Shown piece after piece: positions 52,486 through 63,650 of a stretch of DNA of 64,000 nt. The notes beneath the pieces were generated by a model. The model saw only the letters and a program-made list of their open reading frames with translations. It ran no database searches and had not been told where the DNA came from. Within the stretch, counting starts at the first letter, position 1; every line of letters starts with the position of its first letter. Location: NCBI GenBank assembly GCA_963845565.1, contig CAWJSJ010000001.1, positions 32,001 to 96,000 on the forward strand, given 5' to 3'. This DNA comes from an uncultured Methylomirabilota bacterium (GTDB lineage Bacteria > Methylomirabilota > Methylomirabilia > Methylomirabilales > 2-02-FULL-66-22). Both the position numbers and the translations under genes were made by a program.

Positions 52486-52587
52486 GCCGTTGTCAAAGAA
52501 TTGGTTGAGCGGAGACATTCCGAAACGGCATAAGGAGCCGTAACGAAATAGAAAGAGATGTGTAGGTTATTTCGTAACGGCTCCTAA
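52483..52587. mobile_element. MITE-like two-hairpin element, copy 3
   Basis: Begins at the TAA stop of the binding-protein gene; TAA at 52483, 52531 and 52585. Confidence 0.75.
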
Positions 52588-52630
52588 CGAGATCAGCCCG
52601 CGGGGCCGGCAGAGACCCGTCGGCCCCGCG

Positions 52631-54355
52631 GTGTCGAGAGACGCCCACGTGCATCCCATACCCCCCCATCGCGCCAACAGTCTACGCCTCCTGTTCCGGG
52701 ATCCCGCGCTTGCGGCGAGCGTCCTGATCCTGTGGATCCTGCTCGGTCTGTTCGTCCTGTTCCCGCTGGGGTGGCTGTTGGCGCGGACATTCACCGAGGG
52801 TGGGACGTTCACGCTGGGGAACCTGCTCGGCATCCTCAAGGACCCCAACCATCGCCAATCGTTCTGGAACAGCCTGCTGCTGGCGGCCCTCGTCGGCTTT
52901 GCCGGCACGGCTCTGGGGTTCTTCTTCGCCTTTACCGCGGTGCGGGCCAACCTGTCGAAGGCCTGGGGTGCCGTCCTGGACGCGGCGTGCCTGCTGCCCC
53001 TGATCTCGCCCCCCTTCACGACGGCCATCGCCATGATCTTCTCCTTCGGCCCGCGGGGGCTCATCACCTATCATCTCCTGGGGATCAAGGGGTTCACGGT
53101 GTACGGGCTGGGGAGCACGCTCTTCTCGGAGACGCTCACGTTCTTTCCCATCGCCTACCTCACGCTGAAGCCGATCCTGAACGGCATAGACCCGAATGTC
53201 GAGGACATGGCCTTCAGCCTGGGGTCGTCGCGCTGGCGCGTCTTCCGCACCGTGACGCTGCCCTTGACCGTCCCGGGACTCGCCAACGCCTTTCTGCTCC
53301 TGTTCGCCGCCTCGCTGGCGGATTTCGCCACGCCGCTGATCCTGGCCGGGAACGCCTTCCCGGTGCTGCCCACCCAGGCGTACTTGCAGATCACGGGCCT
53401 CTTCGACCTGAAGGGGGGCGCGGTGCTGTCCTTCGTGCTCCTGGTGCCTGCCATGACCGTGTACCTGCTCCAGCGGTACTGGGTGAGCCGGAAGTCCTAC
53501 GTGACCATTACCGGCAAGGTGGGGGCGCAGACCATGGTGAAGGGCGTGGCGCCCTGGGCCCGGTACGCGCTGCTCACGCTCTGCCTGTTGATGGCGGCCG
53601 CCATCCTGTACTTCTACGTCCTGCTCTTCTACGCCTCGGTCGTGATGGCACTGGGCGCGAACCATGCCTGGACGCTCCAGCACTACCGCGTGATCTTCAC
53701 CGAGGGTTTGAAAGCGATCCGCGACACCCTGGTCATCGCGGGCCTGGGGATGCCGCTGGGCGGACTGTTCGGCGTCCTGGTCGGCTACCTGGTGACCAAG
53801 AAGGCCTTTCCGGGGCGACAGGCCATGGAGGTCGTCTCCATGATCAATTACTCGCTGCCCGGGACGATCGTGGGGATCGCCTATCTGATGGCCTTCAACG
53901 ATCCGCCGATCGTTCTCACCGGGACGGCGCTCATCATCGTTGCCTGCTACGTGTTCCGGTACAGCCCCACCGGGATCCGGGCCACGGTGGCGACGCTCCA
54001 GCAGATCGATCCCAGCATCGAGGAAGCATCGCAGAGCCTGGGGGCGACGAGTGGGACGACCTTCCGCCGGATCACGCTGCCGCTGATCCTGCCCGCCTTC
54101 TTCGCGGGACTGGGGGTGGTGTTCATCCGCTCCATGACCGCCATCAGCGCGACGATCTTCCTGGTCTCCATCAACTGGACCTTGATCACCGTGCGCATCC
54201 TGGAGAACATCACCGAGCTATCGCTGGGGCCGGCCGCAGCCTTTTCGGTCCTGGTGGTGGTTCTCGTGTTTGCCGTCATCGCCCTGATCGGCCTGGCGCT
54301 GCGGCGGTTCCGCGCGGCGGGCGGGGTCGAGGTGACGAGTATCCTGGGAGGGTGA
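52631..54355 (+). CDS. AfuB/FbpB-like fused ABC permease
   Basis: LPLISPPF, SLADFATP, PGTIVG, EEASQSLGA, RSMTAISA; start uncertain. Confidence 0.92.
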   Translation: MSRDAHVHPIPPHRANSLRLLFRDPALAASVLILWILLGLFVLFPLGWLLARTFTEGGTFTLGNLLGILKDPNHRQSFWNSLLLAALVGFAGTALGFFFAFTAVRANLSKAWGAVLDAACLLPLISPPFTTAIAMIFSFGPRGLITYHLLGIKGFTVYGLGSTLFSETLTFFPIAYLTLKPILNGIDPNVEDMAFSLGSSRWRVFRTVTLPLTVPGLANAFLLLFAASLADFATPLILAGNAFPVLPTQAYLQITGLFDLKGGAVLSFVLLVPAMTVYLLQRYWVSRKSYVTITGKVGAQTMVKGVAPWARYALLTLCLLMAAAILYFYVLLFYASVVMALGANHAWTLQHYRVIFTEGLKAIRDTLVIAGLGMPLGGLFGVLVGYLVTKKAFPGRQAMEVVSMINYSLPGTIVGIAYLMAFNDPPIVLTGTALIIVACYVFRYSPTGIRATVATLQQIDPSIEEASQSLGATSGTTFRRITLPLILPAFFAGLGVVFIRSMTAISATIFLVSINWTLITVRILENITELSLGPAAAFSVLVVVLVFAVIALIGLALRRFRAAGGVEVTSILGG

Positions 54356-54356
54356 G

Positions 54357-55441
<1,085 letters not shown>

Positions 55442-55445
<4 letters not shown>

Positions 55446-55951
55446 GCCGGCTGCGGCAGGGGTTGATTCTCGTGGGAACCGTGGGGGCGCTGTTGCTCGT
55501 TCTGCCGACCCCCGCGCGCGCCGAGGGGCAGGAGATCCATGGGGAGAACTCCAGCTTCATGGGTCAGGGGGTGGCGATGGTCTGGGGTGTCCTGCGCGGC
55601 GCGCGCGAAGACGACACGCAAGCGGTACTCCGGATCGCGCCAGCGGGTGGCGCACACGCCGCGGTGAGCATCGACGGAGTGGATCCGTTCACCCAGGCGC
55701 GCCGCGTGCTCTTCGCACGAAGACCCCTGGGCGCCTCGCTGGACGTGCACACGCCGCGAGCGTCGTTCGCCGACCTGCCCCGGCGGGAGATCCACTTCTT
55801 CAGCAGCGCCGAGGCCGCGGACCCGACGCTCACCGTGTATTTCATGGGGCTGCCCGACACGACCCCGGAATTCACCTCCGAAGCGGCGCTCCACGCCTAT
55901 CTCGGCGAGACGCTGGCGAAACTGATGACCCCGAAAGGACGCACGCAATGA
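55442..55951 (+). CDS. Hypothetical exported protein
   Basis: Signal peptide ending ARA; ATGA overlaps with both neighbours. Confidence 0.75.
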
Positions 55952-56610
55952 CACGGCAAGAACTGGCAGGACTTCTGGACCACTCCGTCCTGAGACCTGA
56001 CGCCACGGAACGGGAGGTCCTGGCCGGGGCCGATCTCGTGCGCCAGTGGGGGATCGGGTTCTACTGTGTGCAGCCGACGCTGGTGTCGGCTGCGACCGCG
56101 GCCCTGCAGGAATCGCAGGCGCGCGTGGTGTCGGTGGTGGGGTTCCCGCACGGTTGCGCCCGATCCGTGGTCAAGGCCCAGGAAGCGACGCTGGCCGTCC
56201 AGGACGGCGCCGCCGAGGTGGACATGGTGCTGAACGTCGGGAAGCTCAAGTCCGGGCGCAGCCAGGCGGTGGCGAGCGAGATCGCCCAGGTCGTCCGCGC
56301 CGTTCCGGGGATCCCGGTGAAGGTCATCCTGGAGACCTGTCTGCTGACCGACGACGAGAAGACCGTCGCCTGCCGCCTCGTCCAGGATGCGGGCGCCGCG
56401 TTCGTGAAGACCTCCACCGGTTTCCATCCCGGCGGCGGCGCCACGGCGGCGGATGTTCGGTTGATGCGTGCGACGGTCGGGCAGGAGTTCGGCGTCAAGG
56501 CCGCCGGGGGGATCCGGACGCTCCAGGATGTGCTGGTCATGCTGGAGGCCGGCGCCAACCGAATCGGGACGTCGGCGAGCGCGGCCATCCTGGGCGCGCT
56601 GCCTGACTAA
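55948..56610 (+). CDS. deoC: Deoxyribose-phosphate aldolase
   Basis: DHSVL.P, VGFPHG, EVDMV.N, KVILET, FVKTSTGF, VKAAGGIRT, RIGTS. Confidence 0.94.
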   Translation: MTRQELAGLLDHSVLRPDATEREVLAGADLVRQWGIGFYCVQPTLVSAATAALQESQARVVSVVGFPHGCARSVVKAQEATLAVQDGAAEVDMVLNVGKLKSGRSQAVASEIAQVVRAVPGIPVKVILETCLLTDDEKTVACRLVQDAGAAFVKTSTGFHPGGGATAADVRLMRATVGQEFGVKAAGGIRTLQDVLVMLEAGANRIGTSASAAILGALPD

Positions 56611-56629
56611 GCCGTTGTCAAAGAATAAC
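56608..56629. repeat. Fragment matching the left end of the MITE-like element
   Basis: taagccgttgtcaaagaataa begins at the deoC TAA stop. Confidence 0.6.
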
Positions 56630-56687
56630 TCGCTGATTTCCTTGGAGCCGAGTTTCGATTGTTCGTCCACGACGTGGAGCCGCGCTG

Positions 56688-57890
56688 ATGACACATCGCC
56701 TCGCTCTAACGCAAGCGCTCGATGCACACAAGGGTGAGATCCTGGCCTTCACTCAGGATCTCATCGGGATTGCCAGCGAGAATCCCCCGGGGAATTACTA
56801 CCGGGAGTGTGCGCAGCGCATTCGCGCGGAGCTGGATCACCTGGGACTTGCATATCAGGTCGTGGAAGCTCCAGGTTTTTCCGCGCTTCCTCGATACAAC
56901 CTCCTCAGCTTCCACGGGGACGGTCAGCGCACGCTCTACTTTCATGGGCACTACGACGTGGTGCCGGCGCAGAGCCGCGAGCAATTCACTCCGCGAGTCG
57001 AGAAGGGACGACTGATCGGACGTGGATCGGCCGACATGAAGGCCGGGGTGGCGAGCATGATCTACGCCACCGCGCTGCTCAAGGAGTGCCGGATTCCCCT
57101 GGAGGGTCGCATCGGCCTCTGCATCGTGGCCGACGAGGAGACCGGCGGGCAGGGCGGCTCGCGCTATCTGGACGAGGTCGGCCTGTTGGGAGTGAACGGC
57201 GTGGCCATGCTCACGCCGGAGCCCACCAGCGGCGTGATCTGGAATGCCAACCGTGGCGCCGTCACGCTGCGGATCACGGTCAAGGGGAAGGCCGCCCACG
57301 TGGGATTGCAGCATCAGGGGATCAATGCGTTCGAACAGATGCTGGAGGTGGCTCGGGCGCTGCAGGTTCTCAAGGCCGAGGTGGAGCAACGCAGGACACA
57401 TTATCGGATCGTCCCGGAGGCCGCCGCGCACTCGATCCTGATGCTGGGGGGCCGAGTCGAGGGTGGGGCAAACTTCAACGTCGTGCCCGAGGCCTGCAGC
57501 TTCACCGTGGAGCGACGATTCAACCCTGAAGAAGATCTGGCAACCGAAAAAGCCGCGCTCTTCGCTCTGCTGGACGAACTCCGGGCGCGAGGGATCGCGC
57601 TCGACACCGAGATCCTTCAGGAAGGCTTCTCAAGTGGGGTACCGGAAGATCATCCGGTGGCCAAGATCCTGGCGGATACCATCGAGGGGGTGGTCGGGGA
57701 CCGGCCGGCCTTCACCATGTGTCCCGGCATCCTGGAGACCCGCTGGTATGCGCGCAAGGGGATCCCAGCGTTTGCTTACGGTCCGGGTCTTCTGGAGGTG
57801 TCCCACGGGCCGCGCGAGACTATCGAGATCGAACGCATCTACCAGCACACGCTGCTCTACGCGCTGGTGGCGGCCCGCCTCCTCTCCTAA
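56688..57890 (+). CDS. M20 metallohydrolase (ArgE/DapE family)
   Basis: HGHYDVVP, GRGSADMK, DEETGG, GG..FNVVP, H...E. Confidence 0.92.
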   Translation: MTHRLALTQALDAHKGEILAFTQDLIGIASENPPGNYYRECAQRIRAELDHLGLAYQVVEAPGFSALPRYNLLSFHGDGQRTLYFHGHYDVVPAQSREQFTPRVEKGRLIGRGSADMKAGVASMIYATALLKECRIPLEGRIGLCIVADEETGGQGGSRYLDEVGLLGVNGVAMLTPEPTSGVIWNANRGAVTLRITVKGKAAHVGLQHQGINAFEQMLEVARALQVLKAEVEQRRTHYRIVPEAAAHSILMLGGRVEGGANFNVVPEACSFTVERRFNPEEDLATEKAALFALLDELRARGIALDTEILQEGFSSGVPEDHPVAKILADTIEGVVGDRPAFTMCPGILETRWYARKGIPAFAYGPGLLEVSHGPRETIEIERIYQHTLLYALVAARLLS

Positions 57891-58100
57891 CCGGCAAACC
57901 CACGCTTCTCTTCCGCCATGTGCCCGCGCTGTCCGGACGTTCCGTTTCAGTCCTGTGGGGTCGGGATAAACGGTTGGAACTCCGAACAACGAACGGAGTC
58001 GGGATGACTTTGAGTCGCGGCCCGTGGTATGAGATCCCCCTGTGATCTGTGGTCTTGATGGGGGTCCGAGCGTGAATCCGAGAAACTAGAGGAGGGTCCG

Positions 58101-59496
58101 ATGACGCGTCGAGATCGATCTTCACTCTTGCCGTTGCTGCTGCTGGTCAGTCTGCTGCTTGCGCCGATCTGGTCGGGCTGCGCCACCATGGGCGCGACGG
58201 ACGCCTCGTCCGGCAAGGCCAAGAATGTGATCCTGCTGATCGGCGACGGCATGGGGCCGAGCCACTTCGGGGCGGCCTGGCTCTACAGCAATCGCGTGCT
58301 CAAGAAAGACCTGCAGATGGTCCAGGTGATGAATGCCGGACGCACGGCGTATCTGGTCAACGATACGGCGGATGCCATCGTGACCGAGTCGGCGGCTGCC
58401 GCGGGGCAGATCGCCACGGGACGGAAGATGACGGCCCGCGCCATCAGCATGGCGGCGGACGGCAAGACCCCGGTGACGACGGTCATGGAGATGGTGAAGG
58501 TCAAGGGGCTGGGCACTGGCTTGGTCACCACCTCGGGGATCACCGACGCCACGCCGGCGGCCTTTGCGGCGCATGTTCCGCATCGCAGCGACGAGGCCTC
58601 GGTGGCGGAGCAGGAGCTGAAGCTCGGCGTGGACGTGCTGATGGGCGGACGGAAACAATTCTTCCTGCCCGAGGTCTCGGCGGGCAAGCGGAAGGACGGG
58701 CGAAACCTGCTGGATGAAGCCCGTGCAGCCGGATACGCCGTCGTCGGGGACGCCGAGGAGCTGAAAGCGGCGCAGGGCGGCAAGATCCTGGGTCTCTTCA
58801 ACATGGGGAACATGGTCTACGAGATCGATCGCAAGGCGACCATGGAGCCAAGCCTGGCCGAGATGACCGCAAAGACGCTCGATGTGCTGTCCCGAAACCC
58901 CAAGGGGTTTTTCGCGATGATCGAAGGGGGTCGCATTGACCACGCCGCGCATCGGAACGACGCGGCGGGTACGATTCTTGACACGCTGGCATTCGACGAG
59001 GCGGTGGGCGTTGCCCGGGAGTTCGCCCGAAAGAACCCGGATACGCTGGTGATCGTCACGGCCGACCACGAGACGGCGGGGATGGCGCTCATCGGTCACA
59101 GCAAGGATAGCAAGGAGTACGTCGGAATCGACCTGGCGGCGATCCAGAAGGCGAAGGCGTCCTTCGAGGTGATCGCCGAGGACCTGGGAAAGAATCCGAC
59201 TCCCCAGAAGATTCAAGCAGGTGGTCAAGGAGTATCTGGGCATCGAGATCACCGAGGACGAGGCCAAGATGGTGGCGAACGACACCATCCGGAAGCTCGA
59301 TCCCGCCAATTACAGCTATCCGTACCTCCACAGCCTGGCGTTCGTTCTGCGGCCGTACCTGCGCGTCGGCTGGGGCAGCCAGACCCACACGGCCTCGCCG
59401 CTGTGGGCGTTTGGGATGGGGCCTGGGTCTGCACGGCTCACCGGACTCGTGCACAACACGCAGCTCTTCGACATCATGAAGACGGCGATGGAGTAG
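58101..59496 (+). CDS. Alkaline phosphatase (PhoA family), +1 frameshift near 59220
   Basis: LIGDGMG, VTESAAA, ATPAAF, EGGRIDHAAH.ND, TADHET; the C-terminal VGWGSQTHT motif lies in the 59221-59496 frame. Confidence 0.88.
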
Positions 59497-59595
59497 TCGA
59501 GTCGAATTGTCAATTGGCCAAGTAGTCGATTGGGGAGGTGCGTCACCGGGAGGGAACTTCGCGAGTTGACCAGTCGACCTGTCGACGCGTTGACT
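59495..59595. repeat. Inverted pair of degenerate 8-mer arrays
   Basis: gtcgaatt gtcaattg gccaagta gtcgattg ... gagttgac cagtcgac ctgtcgac gcgttgac. Confidence 0.7.
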
Positions 59596-59605
59596 GTTTA
59601 TAGCC

Positions 59606-60529
59606 ATGAAACTCATCCAGTTCTTCTTTCCGGGCAAGGGGAAGCGGGTCGGTCTGGTCCAGGGCGATCGGGTGCTGGACGTCACCTCGGCCGAGGAGGG
59701 TGTCCGGTCCACGTTGGATCTCGTTACGCAGGGCAAAACGGCCCAGGGGCTGGTCACCCGGGTCACGTGGTTGGCTCGGACGCTTCACCGGAAGGGATTG
59801 GACTGGCGGGAGCTCCTGCGCCCGCCGTCGCGCCGCGCACCCCATCTGCTGATCCCGATCGAACCGCCGGAGGTCTGGGGGGTAACGGAGGCCTATGGGC
59901 CGGCGGCCGGGACACCTCCCGCGCCGACCTCCGGCGCTTCGGGCGCCATGCCGGCGCTCACACCCGGCTCTGCCGACCGACCGGCCCTCTTTTTCAAGGC
60001 TACCGCGGCCCGGACGGTGGGGCCGGGTGTGCCGATCGCCATCCGGAGCGACTCCATGCTTACCGTCCCCGGAGCCGGCCTTGCGGCCATCCTGGGGACC
60101 GACGGCGCGGTGGCGGCCTTCACCGGCGGCAACGATGTCACCGCCCGGGACCTTGAGCGCTGCGGTCTGGAATTCCAGAGCCAGGCGAGGATCTATGCGG
60201 GGAACTGCGCATTGGGCCCCTGCCTGGTTACGCCGGACGAGATCGGGGACCCACGCGGCCTTCAGATCCGCTGCAGCATCATTCGGGACGGGCAGATACT
60301 CTTCAGCGAAGCCACCAACACCGCGCGGTTGCGGCAACCGGTGACCGAGACGATGGCCTGGCTCTGTCGGGACAATCCGGTTCCGGCGGGCACCGTGCTG
60401 CTCACCGGGACCGGGATTCCCGTTCCGGACTCGGCGGCGCTCGCCGACGGTGATCTGGTCGAGATCGAGATCGAGGGTGTCGGCCGGCTCAGCAATCCGG
60501 TGGGGCGTGGGGCAACCGCCAAGCGGTAG
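59606..60529 (+). CDS. Fumarylacetoacetate-hydrolase-family protein with degenerate active site
   Basis: P.EVW, LFFKA, IRSDS, GNDVTARD, ALGP.LVT.DE, LLTGTG..P, GD.VEIEIEGVG.L.NPV. Confidence 0.88.
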   Translation: MKLIQFFFPGKGKRVGLVQGDRVLDVTSAEEGVRSTLDLVTQGKTAQGLVTRVTWLARTLHRKGLDWRELLRPPSRRAPHLLIPIEPPEVWGVTEAYGPAAGTPPAPTSGASGAMPALTPGSADRPALFFKATAARTVGPGVPIAIRSDSMLTVPGAGLAAILGTDGAVAAFTGGNDVTARDLERCGLEFQSQARIYAGNCALGPCLVTPDEIGDPRGLQIRCSIIRDGQILFSEATNTARLRQPVTETMAWLCRDNPVPAGTVLLTGTGIPVPDSAALADGDLVEIEIEGVGRLSNPVGRGATAKR

Positions 60530-60532
60530 GGT

Positions 60533-60976
60533 TCAGCGCGCAGGAAACGCGCGGTCGATGCTTGCCCATCTCGCCGTGAGGGCGCTGAAGCCCAGGGCGA
60601 GACGCTTCGTCAAGAGCGTGGCGACGTTCCCCTCCACCCGCAGCGCCTCCACCACCTCCTCGCCCAATATCCGGACGTGGTCCGCGGCGCTCAGAGGGCC
60701 GCTGAAGCCGATCACCCGGAGCGAGGTCACCACGGCCGCGACGTTGCCGTCCACGCCTTGGCTCAGCACGCGCTCCCCGGGATCGAGGCGGACCGCGGTC
60801 CAGACACCCGTCTCGGCGCTGAAGAAGAGAATTTCCCGCAGGGAGAGATAGATCGCGACATTGGTGCGAATCTCGGCCGCCCACGCAGCGGTCGCGCCGG
60901 AGGCCGTGAGGGACAGGGCCAGCATTCCCGCGAAGACGAGTACGCGGGGAGCGGTGGCGACGAAGGAGAGGATCAT
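60533..60976 (-). CDS. Exported protein of three ~38-aa beta-rich repeats
   Basis: Signal peptide ending AWA; three NVA......R...FS repeats; coupled to the PilZ gene. Confidence 0.7.
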   Translation of the reverse strand: MILSFVATAPRVLVFAGMLALSLTASGATAAWAAEIRTNVAIYLSLREILFFSAETGVWTAVRLDPGERVLSQGVDGNVAAVVTSLRVIGFSGPLSAADHVRILGEEVVEALRVEGNVATLLTKRLALGFSALTARWASIDRAFPAR

Positions 60977-61443
60977 GCGTTCCCCCGCCCACCCAACCGC
61001 CCGGCCGCTTTCTTCCGGGGAGGGGAGGCGGCCTCCCGCTGGGCGCGGCGCTTCAGCCACTGACCGAGCAGGACGCCCACCGGCAGATCGAGAAGTTCGG
61101 ACCGGTCCGCCAGGCACAGCCCGTGCCGGACCACGTCCGGACGGCCGGCGACGCGGCGGGTCCACACCACGTCCGCTTCCAGGCGCATCGGGCCGATCCC
61201 CGTGCGAAGCCGGATCGCAACGCGCGTACCGGGCGGCAGGCGCGTGGGCATCTCCACGGAGAATCCGCCACCGCTGATGTCCACAGTCCTTCCTTGCCAG
61301 GAACGCATCGTCCGGGTCGAGAGCCGGGTGCATTGCACGGGGAGATTCACGATGAAGCGGGCGTGTTTCCGGGGGAGGTGCACCGGGGCGGGACGCGATT
61401 CGGTCTGCGCTCGACGCCGGGTGCCGCCCGGGCGAGGGGACAT
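60973..61443 (-). CDS. PilZ-domain protein
   Basis: RKHAR (RxxxR), DISGGG (DxSxxG), A.VVW, HGL; start uncertain. Confidence 0.85.
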   Translation of the reverse strand: MSPRPGGTRRRAQTESRPAPVHLPRKHARFIVNLPVQCTRLSTRTMRSWQGRTVDISGGGFSVEMPTRLPPGTRVAIRLRTGIGPMRLEADVVWTRRVAGRPDVVRHGLCLADRSELLDLPVGVLLGQWLKRRAQREAASPPRKKAAGRLGGRGNA

Positions 61444-61691
61444 GGGCGATCCTCCTGCAGGTTGCCGTGATGTTCTGGGCCGGCGATGGCCGCGACCGGG
61501 CGTGCGCCCGTGCCGGCCGCCCGATGATCTGTAGCGTGTCTTGGGAGCAAAGTCAAGGGATCGATCCCGGCGTGCCCGCGGGGCGGGAAACACCTTGACG
61601 ACTGCGACTCGCGCATCTAAAGTCACAGAACACCGCGCGGAGCAGGGCGGAGGGTATTTTCCGTCGAACGTACGGACAAGGAGGGTACTCG

Positions 61692-62111
61692 ATGAGAACG
61701 GTGTGGACCGTTGCCGGGTTGGCGTTGATCGTCCTGGCGGCGGAGGCGCACGCGGACACGCTCTACCTGAAAGACGGGCAGACTGTCTGGGGCGCCGAGG
61801 TCGTGGAGGAGGGCGAGACCGCGATCGTCCTGCGGCCCGGCGAGGCGTTGCGTTTTCCGATGCGCGACGTGAGCCGCATCGAGCGCTCGCGGCTTTCGAT
61901 CCCGCGGTATTTCGAGCCGCCGCCGGGTGGGGTGACTCCCATCGGCGACCGCGTCATCCAGTCGCCGGCACCGCCCGCAGCCGCAGCCGGTGCGTCCCCG
62001 CCGGCGCAGGGGCCCGCCACGGCCGGGGGGCCCGCCGGGCCACCCGCTCCGCTCACGCCGACGCGACTTCCCGCACCTCCGCCGCCTCCCGGCGCCGGGC
62101 AACCTCGGTAG
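61692..62111 (+). CDS. Hypothetical exported protein with Pro-rich tail
   Basis: RBS ggaggg; signal ending AHA; DTLYLKDG..V.G small beta domain. Confidence 0.75.
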   Translation: MRTVWTVAGLALIVLAAEAHADTLYLKDGQTVWGAEVVEEGETAIVLRPGEALRFPMRDVSRIERSRLSIPRYFEPPPGGVTPIGDRVIQSPAPPAAAAGASPPAQGPATAGGPAGPPAPLTPTRLPAPPPPPGAGQPR

Positions 62112-62156
62112 CTCTCGGGGGTTCGTCTCGGCCGATGGGGCGGTAGCCGGAATGAG

Positions 62157-62190
62157 TCACCCGGCTGTGGATAGCGCCACAGCCGGGTGA
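62157..62190. terminator. Perfect 14-bp palindrome between convergent genes
   Basis: tcacccggctgtgg-atagcg-ccacagccgggtga; no U-tract on either strand. Confidence 0.45.
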
Positions 62191-62295
62191 TGAATAGGGC
62201 CTCAACGGCCTGCCGGATCCTGATCCCTCTTGAGTCCAGGGCCTCATCTTCCCCCCTGGGGACCACGCTCGGGGTGCGCGTGCGTCTCGGGGGGG

Positions 62296-63384
62296 TCAGA
62301 CGTTAAAGCGGACGATCACGATGTCCCCATCGGCCATGAGGTATTCTTTGCCCTCGACGCGGTGCAGGCCCTTCTTGCGCACGGCGACCATGGAGCCACA
62401 AGTCTCCAGGTCGGCAAAGTTCACAATCTCGGCCCGGATGAATCCCCGCTCCAGATCGCTGTGGATGGTCCCGGCGGCCTTGACGGCCGTGGCCCCCTTG
62501 GGGATGGTCCAGGCGCGCGTCTCCTCGCCGCCTTCCCCGGTATAGAAGGTGATCAGCCCGAGCAGGTCGAAGCAGGCGCGCAGGACCTCGGCGAAGCCGC
62601 CGGCCTCCAGGCCAAGATCGCGCCGGAAGACCTCGGCGTCCTCTGGCGGGAGTTGGCTCACCTCCCATTCCACCTTCAAGCACAGCTGCGATACGGCCAC
62701 GTCCTTGCCCGGCAATGTCCGCAGGTGTTCCACCGCCGCGTTCGGCTGACCGAGTTTCGCCTCGCCGATGTTCAGGAGGAGGATGAGCGGCTTGCCGGTC
62801 AACAGAGCGAACCCACGCAGGAGTTTCTCCTCGTCGGCCGTGAAGGTCAGGTCGCGGATCGGTTTCTCCTCGGTGAGCCAGGCGTGGCCTCGCCGGAGGA
62901 GATCCAACTCGCGGATCGCCTCGTCCTTCTTGCCCTTCTTCAGGTCCAGTTCCAGGCGCCCAATCCGCTTTTCCACGGTATCGATGTCCGCCAACAAGAA
63001 CTCGGTATTGACCAGCGTGGCATCCCGGATTGGATCCACGGTGGTCTCGACGTGCGCCACGCCCGGGTCGTCGAAGTCCCGCAGGACATGCACGATGGCG
63101 TCTACCTGGCGCATCTGGCTCAGGTAGTGGCTGCCCAGACCCTCGCCTTTGCCCGCCCCGCGGGTCAGTGCGACGAAGTCGATGAATTCGATGGTGGCGG
63201 GGGTGAGTTTCTTGGGCTTGAAGAGCGCAGCGAGATAGTCAAGACGCGGGTCGGGGACCTTCACCACGGCCACGTTGGGTTCCTTGGCGCTCTGGTGCGC
63301 GACGTGCGACCCGCCGGCCTGACAGAGCAGATTGAAGAGTGTGGTCTTTCCTGCAGCGGGCAGACCGATGATTCCGATGCGCAT
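62296..63384 (-). CDS. ychF: Ribosome-binding ATPase YchF
   Basis: GIIGLPAAGKTTLFN, VPDPRLD, GEGLG, L.LITFYT, AAG.IHSDLERGFIRAE, EGKEY...DGD...RFNV. Confidence 0.96.
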   Translation of the reverse strand: MRIGIIGLPAAGKTTLFNLLCQAGGSHVAHQSAKEPNVAVVKVPDPRLDYLAALFKPKKLTPATIEFIDFVALTRGAGKGEGLGSHYLSQMRQVDAIVHVLRDFDDPGVAHVETTVDPIRDATLVNTEFLLADIDTVEKRIGRLELDLKKGKKDEAIRELDLLRRGHAWLTEEKPIRDLTFTADEEKLLRGFALLTGKPLILLLNIGEAKLGQPNAAVEHLRTLPGKDVAVSQLCLKVEWEVSQLPPEDAEVFRRDLGLEAGGFAEVLRACFDLLGLITFYTGEGGEETRAWTIPKGATAVKAAGTIHSDLERGFIRAEIVNFADLETCGSMVAVRKKGLHRVEGKEYLMADGDIVIVRFNV

Positions 63385-63650
63385 GACCGAGAACCTCTCG
63401 ATTGTGGTTGTGGCAGAAACACAGGTTGGCGATTGCGGCGCAATCCCCGACGAGGCAGCCAATGACGTCGCGGCGGACACAGCGCGGACGAACCGCGTGA
63501 CAGACGCGGTAGAGTAACATGCTGACGCAGGGCCGCGCAACATTTGGATACCGACACCTTTGGGTTGCTTTCCGGAGTCCGCATGTTATCCTGACCCGGT
63601 TGCTGCAGCCCGGCCCGGGCGCGCCGCTCGGGCCGGGCCGTTGAGGAATC

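Noticed and set aside
16573..52587. Repeated hairpins as a CRISPR array or riboswitch
   Set aside because: Copies are 15-20 kb apart with no spacers or cas genes, and they occur in both orientations relative to transcription.
62112..62295. Possible 6S or other ncRNA in the convergent spacer
   Set aside because: No long rod with a central bubble and no typical gene context; only a local hairpin is supported.
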